Shown piece after piece: positions 28,150-37,458 of a DNA stretch of 51,395 bases. Position 1 is the first letter of the stretch. Every line of letters begins with the position of its first letter. Where the stretch lies: NCBI GenBank assembly GCA_044356215.1, contig JBIKWQ010000012.1, forward strand, positions 1 through 51,395, given 5' to 3'. Under the pieces are notes generated by a model, which saw only the letters and a list, made by a program, of their open reading frames with translations, made no database searches and was not told the DNA's origin. A program made the translations under genes and the position numbers. The DNA is from Bdellovibrionota bacterium. GTDB lineage: Bacteria; Bdellovibrionota_C; UBA2361; OMII01.

Positions 28150-28839
28150 TTAATACCCAGGCACCAACCCAACCAAACTCGCTGCTAATTGATATACCGG
28201 CATAACTAAATACGGCAAAGCCTGCAGGGCTAATAAGAAGCCGATGATTGAGAAAAATGGTCCGCGTGCCCACTCAAGAAACTTTAAAAAGGTATCCTCT
28301 GGAAGAAATAGCCCCAATACCGAATGGCCATCTAAAGGCGGTACAGGTAGTAGATTAAACACTCCAAGGAGGATATTAAGCCGCAGCATAACTGTGACAA
28401 GAACTCCCAAGCCCTCCATTATTCCTCCTTGAAGCGATGTGACTCCGAGGCTATTAACAGGCACAAAAAAACCGGCAGCGACGCCGATGTGCATAAAAAT
28501 CGCTGCTAAGATAGCTAATGCGAAGTTAGACATCGGCCCAGCTAGCGCCATTAGCGCGGCTCTTCTTGGATAACGGATCTGCCAGTAAGGGTCAAATGGC
28601 GCGCTTCCCCACCCGATCATAGAGCCTGAGCTAAAGAGTGATAGAAGCGGAATCAGGACCAGTCCAAAAGGCTCTCTTTTAATGTGAGGCAACGGATCTA
28701 GAGATACCTGTCCTCCCGAGTACGCTGTTAAATCCCCTCCCCACTTAGCTACAAGAGCATGCGCTGCCTCGTGACAAACGGTGCTAAATAGAAAAGCCAG
28801 ATAATATATCGGGAGTAACCCAAGTGATTCGGAAGTCAT
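28150..28839 (-). CDS. Site-2 protease (M50) family
   Basis: HEAAH, AGPMSN, FNLLPVPPLDG. Confidence 0.93.
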   Translation of the reverse strand: MTSESLGLLPIYYLAFLFSTVCHEAAHALVAKWGGDLTAYSGGQVSLDPLPHIKREPFGLVLIPLLSLFSSGSMIGWGSAPFDPYWQIRYPRRAALMALAGPMSNFALAILAAIFMHIGVAAGFFVPVNSLGVTSLQGGIMEGLGVLVTVMLRLNILLGVFNLLPVPPLDGHSVLGLFLPEDTFLKFLEWARGPFFSIIGFLLALQALPYLVMPVYQLAASLVGLVPGY

Positions 28840-29081
28840 AGCCCCCACAATCTATACAGCCTTAAGATAACGCACCAGTCGACAAATGTAAGGACACGCG
28901 AGACGAATCCGCTTATAGGGATTTTAGCTCGATAGCGGCGTTAGTCTCGCTCTTTATTCGCAAAACATCGCGATAGCGAGGTTTTGCCTCTGAATCGCTG
29001 GCATTATTATTGCCCCCACTTTAGCGTAGCATCAGCACCGGCAAAATATGCCGGTTAGTCTATCCTAAATCTGGCCTGACG

Positions 29082-29402
29082 ATGAGAGCACCACTTTGGG
29101 CATACAAACCAAGCAAGCTAATCGAATCGATAGAGATTGTTCGTGAACCAAAAGATAAAGGGGATCCCAAGTCGCAGCCGCCGCCAGAGCCCCCTGACTC
29201 TGACCCGATCAGTATGCTGAAAACCTTGGTCGAAACGATCGAGTCGCTTATCGATTACGGTTCTAAAGCTAAAGGCACCTCAGCATCAACAAAGACAGAG
29301 GTGATCGACAACGAGCAAACTTCTTCAGATGCGGAGAAGTACATCGAGCTGTTTCAGAAACAGAGCACTATAATCAAGAAGATGATGTCGAAGTTGAATT
29401 GA
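29082..29402 (+). CDS. Hypothetical protein
   Basis: 106-aa ORF ending just before the tRNA 3' end. Confidence 0.55.
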   Translation: MRAPLWAYKPSKLIESIEIVREPKDKGDPKSQPPPEPPDSDPISMLKTLVETIESLIDYGSKAKGTSASTKTEVIDNEQTSSDAEKYIELFQKQSTIIKKMMSKLN

Positions 29403-29407
29403 TATAA

Positions 29408-29483
<76 letters not shown>

Positions 29484-29560
29484 AGGAGCGACCCCAATAA
29501 TTTACTTTAGCTAGCTGAATGTCAACCCTTTAGGCATCGATTCAAAGGTCATATAGTGAG

Positions 29561-30163
29561 CTAAGACAATGAACTGCGCGCCGCGAACGCCCTTGAAAGG
29601 GTCACATCATCGGCATATTCGAGCTCTCCACCCTTCGGGATACCCTGAGCAGGTCTGGTAGCTCCAATGCCCAAATCAGCCAGCATACGGCCTATATAAA
29701 GCGCTGTAGCATCCCCCTCAACCGTGGCGCTAGTAGCCACAATAACCTCGCGTGGCGGGTGTTCCTTTACCCGTTCAATTAACTCTTTTAAGCGCATTGA
29801 TTCCGGTCCCTGACCACGAAGCGGCGCCCACAATCCATGTAATACGTGGTAATGCCCCTTGTATTCACCCACCCGCTCGATCGCTACCAGATCTACTGGC
29901 TTCTCAACAACACATAAAAGCCCATGGTCTCGGTTAGTGTTGCGACAAATTACACAGAGCTCCTCCTCACTAAGAAAGAAACACCTCTGACACAAACGCA
30001 CCTGCGCTGAAGCCACCTTAAGAGCTTCACCTAAAGATCGTGCCAGGTCCCGATCGTTGGCGACCAAATGATACGCCAGACGGGTAGCTGTTTTCTCTCC
30101 TACGGAGGGGAGCTTTGAGAGTTCTTTGATTAATTTCTGAAGTGCTGGCGGGAATGAGAGCAT
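29561..30163 (-). CDS. recR: Recombination mediator RecR
   Basis: LPSVGEKTATRLA HhH, C4 zinc finger, Toprim CVVE, TVEGDAT. Confidence 0.97.
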   Translation of the reverse strand: MLSFPPALQKLIKELSKLPSVGEKTATRLAYHLVANDRDLARSLGEALKVASAQVRLCQRCFFLSEEELCVICRNTNRDHGLLCVVEKPVDLVAIERVGEYKGHYHVLHGLWAPLRGQGPESMRLKELIERVKEHPPREVIVATSATVEGDATALYIGRMLADLGIGATRPAQGIPKGGELEYADDVTLSRAFAARSSLS

Positions 30164-30178
30164 CGTCCTAAAAATCCC

Positions 30179-30517
30179 TTAGAACATTCCGGGAATATTC
30201 ATGCCACCTGTTACGCGAGCTAGCTTGTCCTCTGAGTTCTTACGCACCTTTTGCAGCGCGTCATTGGCAGCCAATTGCACCATCTCTTGAAGCAGCTCCA
30301 CATCTTTTGGATCGCAAGCCTCAGGCTTTATCTTGACCGAGACAATCTCATATCTACCATTAGCTGTTACCTGAACCGCGCCACCACCTGCGCTCCCTTC
30401 CGCGGCGTATCCCTCAACTTCCAACTGCGCCTGCTGCATATCCTTCTGCATCTTCTGCGCCTGCTTTAGCAGCGTCTGCATATCCCCGCCTGGAAAGCCT
30501 TTAAATCCCTTAGCCAT
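30179..30517 (-). CDS. ybaB: YbaB/EbfC nucleoid-associated protein
   Basis: LLKQAQKMQ, GSAGGGAV, DVELLQEMV; dnaX-ybaB-recR synteny. Confidence 0.95.
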   Translation of the reverse strand: MAKGFKGFPGGDMQTLLKQAQKMQKDMQQAQLEVEGYAAEGSAGGGAVQVTANGRYEIVSVKIKPEACDPKDVELLQEMVQLAANDALQKVRKNSEDKLARVTGGMNIPGMF

Positions 30518-30545
30518 AAACTCCCTCAATCAACGATACACTCAA

Positions 30546-32213
30546 TCAAACTTTTGATTTTACCTGCTCTACCTTACTGCCTGGAAAGATCTTTTGCAGA
30601 CTCTGAAGCGCTGGATGGGACTCGATCTCCTCAATCTTGTTAGCCTGCGCCTTAACCGGATCAGCGATCTCAGCAATTGGAGCGCCCTTCTTCAAGTTAA
30701 TCTTCCACCGAACGCCACTATGTCCTCGCGACTCCGCGAAGGAGCCTAAAAGCTCCTCTAATTTAGCCTTATCGCGACCTAAGCTACCAACTGTAAACTC
30801 TGGCCCAGCGGCCTCAAAGTACCCGACATCAAAACGCTCCGCGTTAAGGCGTCGTAGATTTTCTAAGAGGATCTTTCCGCCTCGCTCGGAGACGAAATTA
30901 AGAAAAAGATCCCACGATAGAGAACCAGCCGAGGCAACGGCAGTCTGTGACGCTACTGGCGCCGTGGGTGCTGAAGCCATCGCTGGCGATGGGGCCATAG
31001 CCGCGCTAGTCTTAGCCGACGTTTGATACGCCGCGCCTACCGGAGTCGCGGGCCTCGAGCCACTCGCTACAGGCTGCCCGCCCTTTAGTTGGCCCAGTAA
31101 CTCTCCAATCTCTTGAATCGGTTGTCGTGTCGCCATACGCGCTACAAGCGCCTCAAATCCGTATCGCGGATAGGCCGAGCGCATGCAACGATCAGCCCCG
31201 TCACGAGCTAGATCCCACAGATCTTGAATATCGAGCGGCTCAATTACCGCTACTAGAGCGGTAAGACTCGCCACGGAGTCATCGCCTAGGCCCAAAGACT
31301 TTAAACGAGCCTCTCCGCCTAACTTGGCGATAAAGACCTCTCTCCAGAAATTAGTAAACTCTTTCAGTAAAGTCGCCGGATCGCTGCCGGTAGAAAATAG
31401 CTCTCCTACACAATCTAAAACCGCGACAACATCGTGCTTAATAATCCCCTGAGCGAGGCTTAAGAGCGCCGCTCGCTCAACACTCCCCAGCGCCTTGCTC
31501 GCCTCCGCCGCGGTGATCTTACCTGAGCAGAAAGTTTGAACTCGATCTAAAAGGGTCTGCGCGTCACGCATCGATCCATCGGCTAACCGAGCTACCATAG
31601 TGAGCGCCTCTTGCTCTACTTCGAGCCCCTCACTCTTTGATACCTCAGCTAATCGAGCTTCAATAACCGACACGGCTAATGCTCTAAAATCGTGCCTCTG
31701 GCAGCGCGAAATCACGGTCTCTGGGATCTTGTGAACCTCTGTCGTCGCTAAGATAAAAACCGTATTCGGCGGTGGTTCCTCAAGGCTCTTTAAAAGAGCG
31801 TTAAACGCCGAGACGCTTAACATGTGAACTTCGTCGATGATGTAAACTTTGTTCCGATATCCTGGGGGTGGAAGCGCTTTAAATGAATCGATCAGATCGC
31901 GCACATTATCAACGCTGTTGTGCGATGCTCCATCAATCTCTCTAACGGCCATACTTGAACCGCTAGATATCTCTTTACAAGATGGGCACTCCTGACAAGG
32001 TTCAGCGCCATCAGGGGACTGACAGTTGAGCGCCTTCGAGAGAATCCGCGCGACCGAGGTCTTTCCCACTCCACGCGGCCCAGTGAAAAGATACGCATGC
32101 ACGACCTTATTTCGCGCGATGGCGTTGGCTAATGTGCGCGTTACATGCTCCTGCCCACTCACCGAGCTAAAACCGGCTGGACGATATTTTCGGGCTAGTA
32201 CGAGGTACGACAC
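30546..32213 (-). CDS. dnaX: DNA polymerase III subunit gamma/tau
   Basis: YLVLARKYRP, GPRGVGKT, DEVHMLS, SRCQ, GSMRDA. Confidence 0.97.
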   Translation of the reverse strand: MSYLVLARKYRPAGFSSVSGQEHVTRTLANAIARNKVVHAYLFTGPRGVGKTSVARILSKALNCQSPDGAEPCQECPSCKEISSGSSMAVREIDGASHNSVDNVRDLIDSFKALPPPGYRNKVYIIDEVHMLSVSAFNALLKSLEEPPPNTVFILATTEVHKIPETVISRCQRHDFRALAVSVIEARLAEVSKSEGLEVEQEALTMVARLADGSMRDAQTLLDRVQTFCSGKITAAEASKALGSVERAALLSLAQGIIKHDVVAVLDCVGELFSTGSDPATLLKEFTNFWREVFIAKLGGEARLKSLGLGDDSVASLTALVAVIEPLDIQDLWDLARDGADRCMRSAYPRYGFEALVARMATRQPIQEIGELLGQLKGGQPVASGSRPATPVGAAYQTSAKTSAAMAPSPAMASAPTAPVASQTAVASAGSLSWDLFLNFVSERGGKILLENLRRLNAERFDVGYFEAAGPEFTVGSLGRDKAKLEELLGSFAESRGHSGVRWKINLKKGAPIAEIADPVKAQANKIEEIESHPALQSLQKIFPGSKVEQVKSKV

Positions 32214-32236
32214 AGTTATCTATCAAAAAGATAAAC

Positions 32237-32334
32237 GCGGCGACTGGCAACGCATCACAGATATATGCACTACGGTTGCTCCAATCAAGTCCTGGCCGGG
32301 TTCGCGCACTCACTCGCGCGCCCCCAATCGCCGC
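32237..32334 (-). ncRNA. ffs: Small SRP RNA (4.5S) with atypical apical loop
   Basis: 98-nt hairpin with paired ends GCGGCGATTGG/CCAGTCGCCGC; core GAACCCGGCCAGG-ACTTGATTGG-AGCAACCG; canonical position upstream of dnaX. Confidence 0.85.
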
Positions 32335-32440
32335 AACCAAAGAGTATATCGCTAAATGGCTTAAGGTGTCACTGATATCCGAATGGCTAAATCGTAGCTA
32401 TAAGAACAAAAAAGCCTTGAATCAAAGCTGGCCTCATGAG

Positions 32441-32477
32441 TGCGGTATAATACCGCACGGTGCGGCATTATACCGCA
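32441..32477. promoter_or_regulatory. Tandem 17-bp palindromes, candidate enhancer (bEBP) sites
   Basis: TGCGGTATAATACCGCA (32441-32457) and TGCGGCATTATACCGCA (32461-32477), 20-bp period. Confidence 0.6.
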
Positions 32478-32530
32478 AACTCAACTGCCATATCCATAGT
32501 GAATTCAGATAGTTAACACAGGCAGCGCAC

Positions 32531-32546
32531 TGGCATAACAGATGCT
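32531..32546 (+). promoter_or_regulatory. Putative sigma54 (-24/-12) promoter
   Basis: TGGCAT-AACAG-ATGCT, exact GG-N10-GC spacing, just upstream of ORF 32559. Confidence 0.55.
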
Positions 32547-32558
32547 CACATTGCTGCT

Positions 32559-33068
32559 ATGAAAACAAACTCAGCAATCCTACGCGAAGTATCCTATCAA
32601 CTAACTAACGGCAACCCTCTTTGGGGAATGCTGCTCGCTAACGAGTATTTCTCACGAGACAATCCCTTTAGGGGCGCAATCGTCGTTAAGTTCAAACAAC
32701 GCGTTAGTTCCTTAAGTGGTATCAACAGCGGCCTCGCCCTAGAGCTCATAAACGGGAAAAAACTAGCGGAGCTGCCAGGAGATCTCGCCGATCTCATCGG
32801 ACAACGAGCAATAAGAAGATCTCGCGTGATCATTCAACCATCACGCACAGAAACGCTAAGCCTTATCGGGGCTAACCGTCGATCGCGTGCGAGGCTAAAT
32901 TCACGTACCACCCCGCGCTCTCTCACATACGGAAACAGACGAAGCTATAACGCGATACATAAGGAAGTGAGGCAAAACCGCGCAATAGCGAGGTTTGGAC
33001 GCTCCTCTCTAACTATTTCATACCCTGATGAAACTTCAGCAGCTTCTCGTACTCTAAGTGGAGTTTAA
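32559..33068 (+). CDS. Basic hypothetical protein
   Basis: 169 aa, Arg-rich; 3' end overlaps the convergent J-domain gene. Confidence 0.55.
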   Translation: MKTNSAILREVSYQLTNGNPLWGMLLANEYFSRDNPFRGAIVVKFKQRVSSLSGINSGLALELINGKKLAELPGDLADLIGQRAIRRSRVIIQPSRTETLSLIGANRRSRARLNSRTTPRSLTYGNRRSYNAIHKEVRQNRAIARFGRSSLTISYPDETSAASRTLSGV

Positions 33069-34467
33069 TGAAAAAAAGCTGATCATCCCGGCTCGCTTGA
33101 TCTTTAAGATCAGGGTGGTGTCTTTTTACAGCTAGCCTATACGCTCTCTTAATATCTTTCGAGGAGGCCCTAGGAGATAACCCAAAGACTTTTAAGGCCT
33201 CCAGGTATTCATCCGGATACTCAGCGACCGGTTCCGATTTGCCGGCGCCCTTTGAACGTTTTTTAATCGCCCTCCGAAAAATCGCCGCCGCTCCAAGCAC
33301 AAGGATTACTAACGCAGTCGGAAAAATCAGGGAGGTACGCGCATCCCGCGCTAAATCCCTCTTCCCCGCCGTGATTAAAGAATCCGCGACCTTCTTATTT
33401 AGCCCCTCCCACTCGGCGCTAATCTCGCTATCCTTACTGGCATAAAGAGCAATGACTCTTTTAAACTCCGGATCTGTAAGTACTTCGCGATCGGCGCTGG
33501 TCAAACCCTTTAGCGCTGACGTCAGATCGCTGTGAGTTTTCGGTGTTCGCTCATCAAATGGAATTCTCACAAGCTCCTTAATAGCCCCGGCGAATTTTCC
33601 TCTTAAAAGCGCGCTATCGATAAATCTCTGGCTAAGAATGGACGAAGATAGGTTACTCACCCCTAGAGACTTCGCCAAATCAATCAATAACTCCAGGTGA
33701 TCACGAAAACTTAAAACGTCCCCCGAGCCGATGTCCCGATCTATCGACTCGATCAAAGCTATCACCGAATCAGCGCGCGCCTTTTGGGCGCTATTATTAG
33801 TGACCAGTAGATTGGTTTCAGCGGAGCCATCTCGCCCAGCCAAAGTCGCCTCTATAGTCGACCTGAGAGTTAAATCAAAACACTCAGCACCGATGTTTTG
33901 ATTAAGTCGCTCTAACTTTTCAGCGCTTCCAGATCTCACTGACTCATGATTAGCCGCTGATAAAGCCGCGCAGATCCTCGAGAGGCTAGCCGAGACCTCT
34001 AACGATTCAAGATTACTAGCTAACGCGCCATACGCTACTGAGCTATCTCCTATAAGGGAGCTCCAAAGAGCAGCGGAGTTAAAATCAGCATTACTTGAGA
34101 CAACCAAAGCGCTTTTAAAAAGCGTAGCTAAAACTTCTGCGTCGTTGTCATTCGCGGCTCCTCGCACAATCTGTTTGAACTCGGTCGTATCGAGAGTATC
34201 TATAAGCTTCGCGTCCCTTAGATATCGCAGCGCTACCTGTCGAGCCGCCCTAGGCTTCTGAACCAGAAAAGATTCGCCTCCTAAACTTATCTTTAAGAGA
34301 TCGCCATTAACCTCCGTGGAGTTAGATATAACAAGCCTTACTCCGTGATAAACTAGAGGCTCTCCTGTATCTTCAGCGAAGACGCCCGCGGCGGATAAAA
34401 GAGAGAGCGCTAGACCAAACTTAGCCGCATCTAAGAGCCTCACTTTACTTAGGTGGCTCAACGCCAT
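33013..34467 (-). CDS. Membrane-anchored protein with C-terminal DnaJ (J) domain
   Basis: Signal peptide, long helical region, one TM, then ALKVFGL..DIKRAYRLAVKRHHPD. Confidence 0.8.
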   Translation of the reverse strand: MALSHLSKVRLLDAAKFGLALSLLSAAGVFAEDTGEPLVYHGVRLVISNSTEVNGDLLKISLGGESFLVQKPRAARQVALRYLRDAKLIDTLDTTEFKQIVRGAANDNDAEVLATLFKSALVVSSNADFNSAALWSSLIGDSSVAYGALASNLESLEVSASLSRICAALSAANHESVRSGSAEKLERLNQNIGAECFDLTLRSTIEATLAGRDGSAETNLLVTNNSAQKARADSVIALIESIDRDIGSGDVLSFRDHLELLIDLAKSLGVSNLSSSILSQRFIDSALLRGKFAGAIKELVRIPFDERTPKTHSDLTSALKGLTSADREVLTDPEFKRVIALYASKDSEISAEWEGLNKKVADSLITAGKRDLARDARTSLIFPTALVILVLGAAAIFRRAIKKRSKGAGKSEPVAEYPDEYLEALKVFGLSPRASSKDIKRAYRLAVKRHHPDLKDQASRDDQLFFIKLHLEYEKLLKFHQGMK

Positions 34468-35476
34468 AGACGCTAATCGTTAAAGCGCTCTGCTCTGGAT
34501 GAGTAGTTTTAACCTGAACCGTGGCGCGCAGATCGCCTTTCACTTTTTTAGGATCGACTTTAATCGCCAAAACTCCGCGCTGTCCTGAGTCCATCTCTAG
34601 CATCGAGGCAGTTACAGCCGGATGAGAGCTGGTAACCTCTGTAATCTTTACTGGATTAGAAGATGAATTCTCATATTTTACCCGACGCTCTATCGGGTCT
34701 GCCCCACTTATAATTCCAAAAGAAACTATGGATGGACTTAACTTCAGATCTCCTAATATGATCGCCGTAACTGGAATATTCACCGGCGCGGTCGCGGTGT
34801 CCTTAAACTCAACAAGAAGACGCTCTCTTAGTTCACCTTTTGGCGCGTCTGGTTGCACAGAAACTGAGTAGCGTCGCGCTCCATTTACTGATGACATCTC
34901 ATTGATAGTCAGATACCGCGAACTTGTTGTGACTCGCTCAACCTCCCAACTAACGCCTTCATTTACCTTCAACGTTACCTCCTGAGTGCGAGCCGGAAGA
35001 GACGCTCCTTGAGATAGCTCGCCAAAAACAAGCCTCTCTGGAGTAACCGTTACACCGCGAGCGACTGAGCCCTTAAGCTTTAGTGTCAGCTCCTGATTTT
35101 CGCGGGCATTAGTCAGGATACTTACAGTCTTTGTTTTATCGCCGAACATCCCCGAAGTGTCGAAAGTCACACGAACCTTCTCGCTCGTACCAGGCTTAAT
35201 AGTGGATGAGGTAACTGCCGCGGCGGTGCATCCACAAGACGGCGCGATCCTCTGAAGCGCGAGATCCGCATCACCGATATTACGAACCTCGAATTCGTGT
35301 ACCACCCTCTGACCCTGCATTACGCGGCCGAAATCGTAAAAGTCGTTTGGCACGGAGGCCAGGGGGCCCGTCTCCGCGTATGCTATCGTCGAGAAGAAAC
35401 TAATAAGTAATCCCGCTAGTGATGCTAGCGCTGAAATACCTGATACTCGAAATAGATTAGCTCTGAATCTTAACAT
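34445..35476 (-). CDS. DUF1573 domain protein (three Ig-like repeats)
   Basis: YDFG, HEFEVRNIGD.L, PSCGCTAA, IKPG, KTVSILTN; start uncertain. Confidence 0.88.
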   Translation of the reverse strand: MLRFRANLFRVSGISALASLAGLLISFFSTIAYAETGPLASVPNDFYDFGRVMQGQRVVHEFEVRNIGDADLALQRIAPSCGCTAAAVTSSTIKPGTSEKVRVTFDTSGMFGDKTKTVSILTNARENQELTLKLKGSVARGVTVTPERLVFGELSQGASLPARTQEVTLKVNEGVSWEVERVTTSSRYLTINEMSSVNGARRYSVSVQPDAPKGELRERLLVEFKDTATAPVNIPVTAIILGDLKLSPSIVSFGIISGADPIERRVKYENSSSNPVKITEVTSSHPAVTASMLEMDSGQRGVLAIKVDPKKVKGDLRATVQVKTTHPEQSALTISVYGVEPPK

Positions 35477-35538
35477 AGTGATCCCCGACAATCTCCCAGA
35501 GTATCCTCCTAGCTGGATCCCTGACGGGGACACACTGG

Positions 35539-36897
35539 CTAGTCAAAGAGCTGGGTTTGATCCAAAAATTTAGTTGAGAAGTTACCACTCCTGAAATCAG
35601 GATGCGATAGGATTCTTCGGTGTAGCTCGATATTAGTCGTTACGCCATCGATTAGGTATTCATTAAGCGCAACGAGCAATTTCTTTATGCACGACTCACG
35701 ATCCTTGTCACGCACAATTAACTTACCGATCATAGAATCGTAATAAGGCTTAATAGAGTACCCGGCATAGAGAGCTGAATCTACACGCACACCATTTCCT
35801 CCAGGAGGATGGTAGCTCTTAATTAATCCTGGGCACGGAATCAAGGTGCGAGGGTCCTCAGCATTAATGCGCGCCTCCATGGCGTGTCCAGAGAATTTGA
35901 TATCGCTCTGCTTCCATGAGAGCTCAAGCCCTGCGGCCAACCTGATCTGCTCTTTCACCAGGTCAACATCAGTAACCATCTCAGTTACTGGATGCTCAAC
36001 CTGCAGACGGGTATTCATCTCAATAAAGTAGAACTTGTTGCTCTCTAGATCAGCCAAGAACTCAACCGTACCTAAGCTTGAGTAGTTAACCGCTTTACCC
36101 AACTCGACCGCGGCGTTTTGAATCTGCTCCTGTAGGCCTGCTGGCAATCCGATAGATGGCGACTCCTCGATTACCTTCTGATAGCGCCTTTGAATTGAGC
36201 AATCACGAATACCTAAGTGCACAACGTTGTGCGCCTGGTCACCCGCTAGCTGAACTTCGATGTGTCTAACTCTCGGTAGATACTTTTCTACTAATAGGTG
36301 CCCGTCGCCGAAAGCCGCCTCTACCTCACGTTGAGCTGTCTGGAATGTCGCGACGAACTCCTCTGGGCCCTTGACGATCTTCATTCCGCGTCCACCACCA
36401 CCGGCGCACGCCTTTAAAAGGATTGGAAATCCGGCCTTTTCCGCTACCGCTAAAGCCTCCGCTGGATCCAATAGACCACGACTGTCTCCTGGTATCGTTG
36501 GAACGCCAACCTTATCGGCGACTCGGCGCGCACGCGCCTTATCACCCATAACTCGCATGTTACGCACTGTTGGTCCGATAAATGTAATTCCGCAACTTCC
36601 GCAGATCTCGGCGAAAGCGGCGTTTTCACTTAAGAAACCATAGCCGGGATGAATCGCATCGGCGCGAGTCGCCACCGCCGCTGACATGATTGAAGCGATA
36701 TTTAGGTAGCTTTCCTTAGCCAGAGCCGGTCCGATACAAACGCTCTGCGTAGCGAGCTTTACATGCAACGCATCTTCGTCCGCCTTTGAATGAACTGCCA
36801 CTGTTTGAATCCCCAGTTCGTGACAAGCGCGAATGATTCGAAGCGCTATCTCACCACGATTGGCGATCAGGATCTTTTTAAATGGAAGTGAGCCCAT
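35539..36897 (-). CDS. accC: Acetyl-CoA carboxylase biotin carboxylase
   Basis: KILIANRGEIA, HPGYGFLSEN, GGGGRGM, EMNTRLQVEHPVTE, YYDSMIGK. Confidence 0.97.
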   Translation of the reverse strand: MGSLPFKKILIANRGEIALRIIRACHELGIQTVAVHSKADEDALHVKLATQSVCIGPALAKESYLNIASIMSAAVATRADAIHPGYGFLSENAAFAEICGSCGITFIGPTVRNMRVMGDKARARRVADKVGVPTIPGDSRGLLDPAEALAVAEKAGFPILLKACAGGGGRGMKIVKGPEEFVATFQTAQREVEAAFGDGHLLVEKYLPRVRHIEVQLAGDQAHNVVHLGIRDCSIQRRYQKVIEESPSIGLPAGLQEQIQNAAVELGKAVNYSSLGTVEFLADLESNKFYFIEMNTRLQVEHPVTEMVTDVDLVKEQIRLAAGLELSWKQSDIKFSGHAMEARINAEDPRTLIPCPGLIKSYHPPGGNGVRVDSALYAGYSIKPYYDSMIGKLIVRDKDRESCIKKLLVALNEYLIDGVTTNIELHRRILSHPDFRSGNFSTKFLDQTQLFD

Positions 36898-36906
36898 GAC
36901 TCTTTC

Positions 36907-37377
36907 TTAAACTGCTGGGTCGATGAGGAAGAGAACCTCACCAAACTCTACAACCTGCCCATCTGCGCCCATGATCTTTACGACCTTGCCAGATGTAGGC
37001 GACTCGATCTCATTCATAAGCTTCATAGCTTCAATGATGCAGAGTGTGCTGCCTTTGCTGATCACATCGCCTTCTTTAACGAATGGCTCGGCATCAGGGG
37101 ATGGACGTCGATAGAAGCTGCCAACTATCGGCGACTCGACCTTAACGTAACGCCCGAGATCCTCCTGAGCGCCGCCGTTACCGTTACCCGAAGCCACAAC
37201 CGGAACAGCAACTTGCTGAACCGCCTGGACTAGCTCCATGCGCCCTTCAGAGACAGCAAAGCCACCTGCTGGAGTTCTGGATAACTTAACTCGTGTTCCT
37301 TCTTGCTCTAGCTCGAACTCGGTTACCTCGTTCTGCTTGAGCATCTTGATGATGTGTTCAATGTCCTTGATGTCCAT
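36907..37377 (-). CDS. accB: Biotin carboxyl carrier protein
   Basis: SPIVGSFY, IIEAMKLMNEI. Confidence 0.97.
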   Translation of the reverse strand: MDIKDIEHIIKMLKQNEVTEFELEQEGTRVKLSRTPAGGFAVSEGRMELVQAVQQVAVPVVASGNGNGGAQEDLGRYVKVESPIVGSFYRRPSPDAEPFVKEGDVISKGSTLCIIEAMKLMNEIESPTSGKVVKIMGADGQVVEFGEVLFLIDPAV

Positions 37378-37458
37378 GGGGGCGCATCCTAGCGATGAAA
37401 GCCTCTTATGCCAAGCCCAAGAGGCATTTTTAGTCGTGCATATCGAGAAATCAATATG

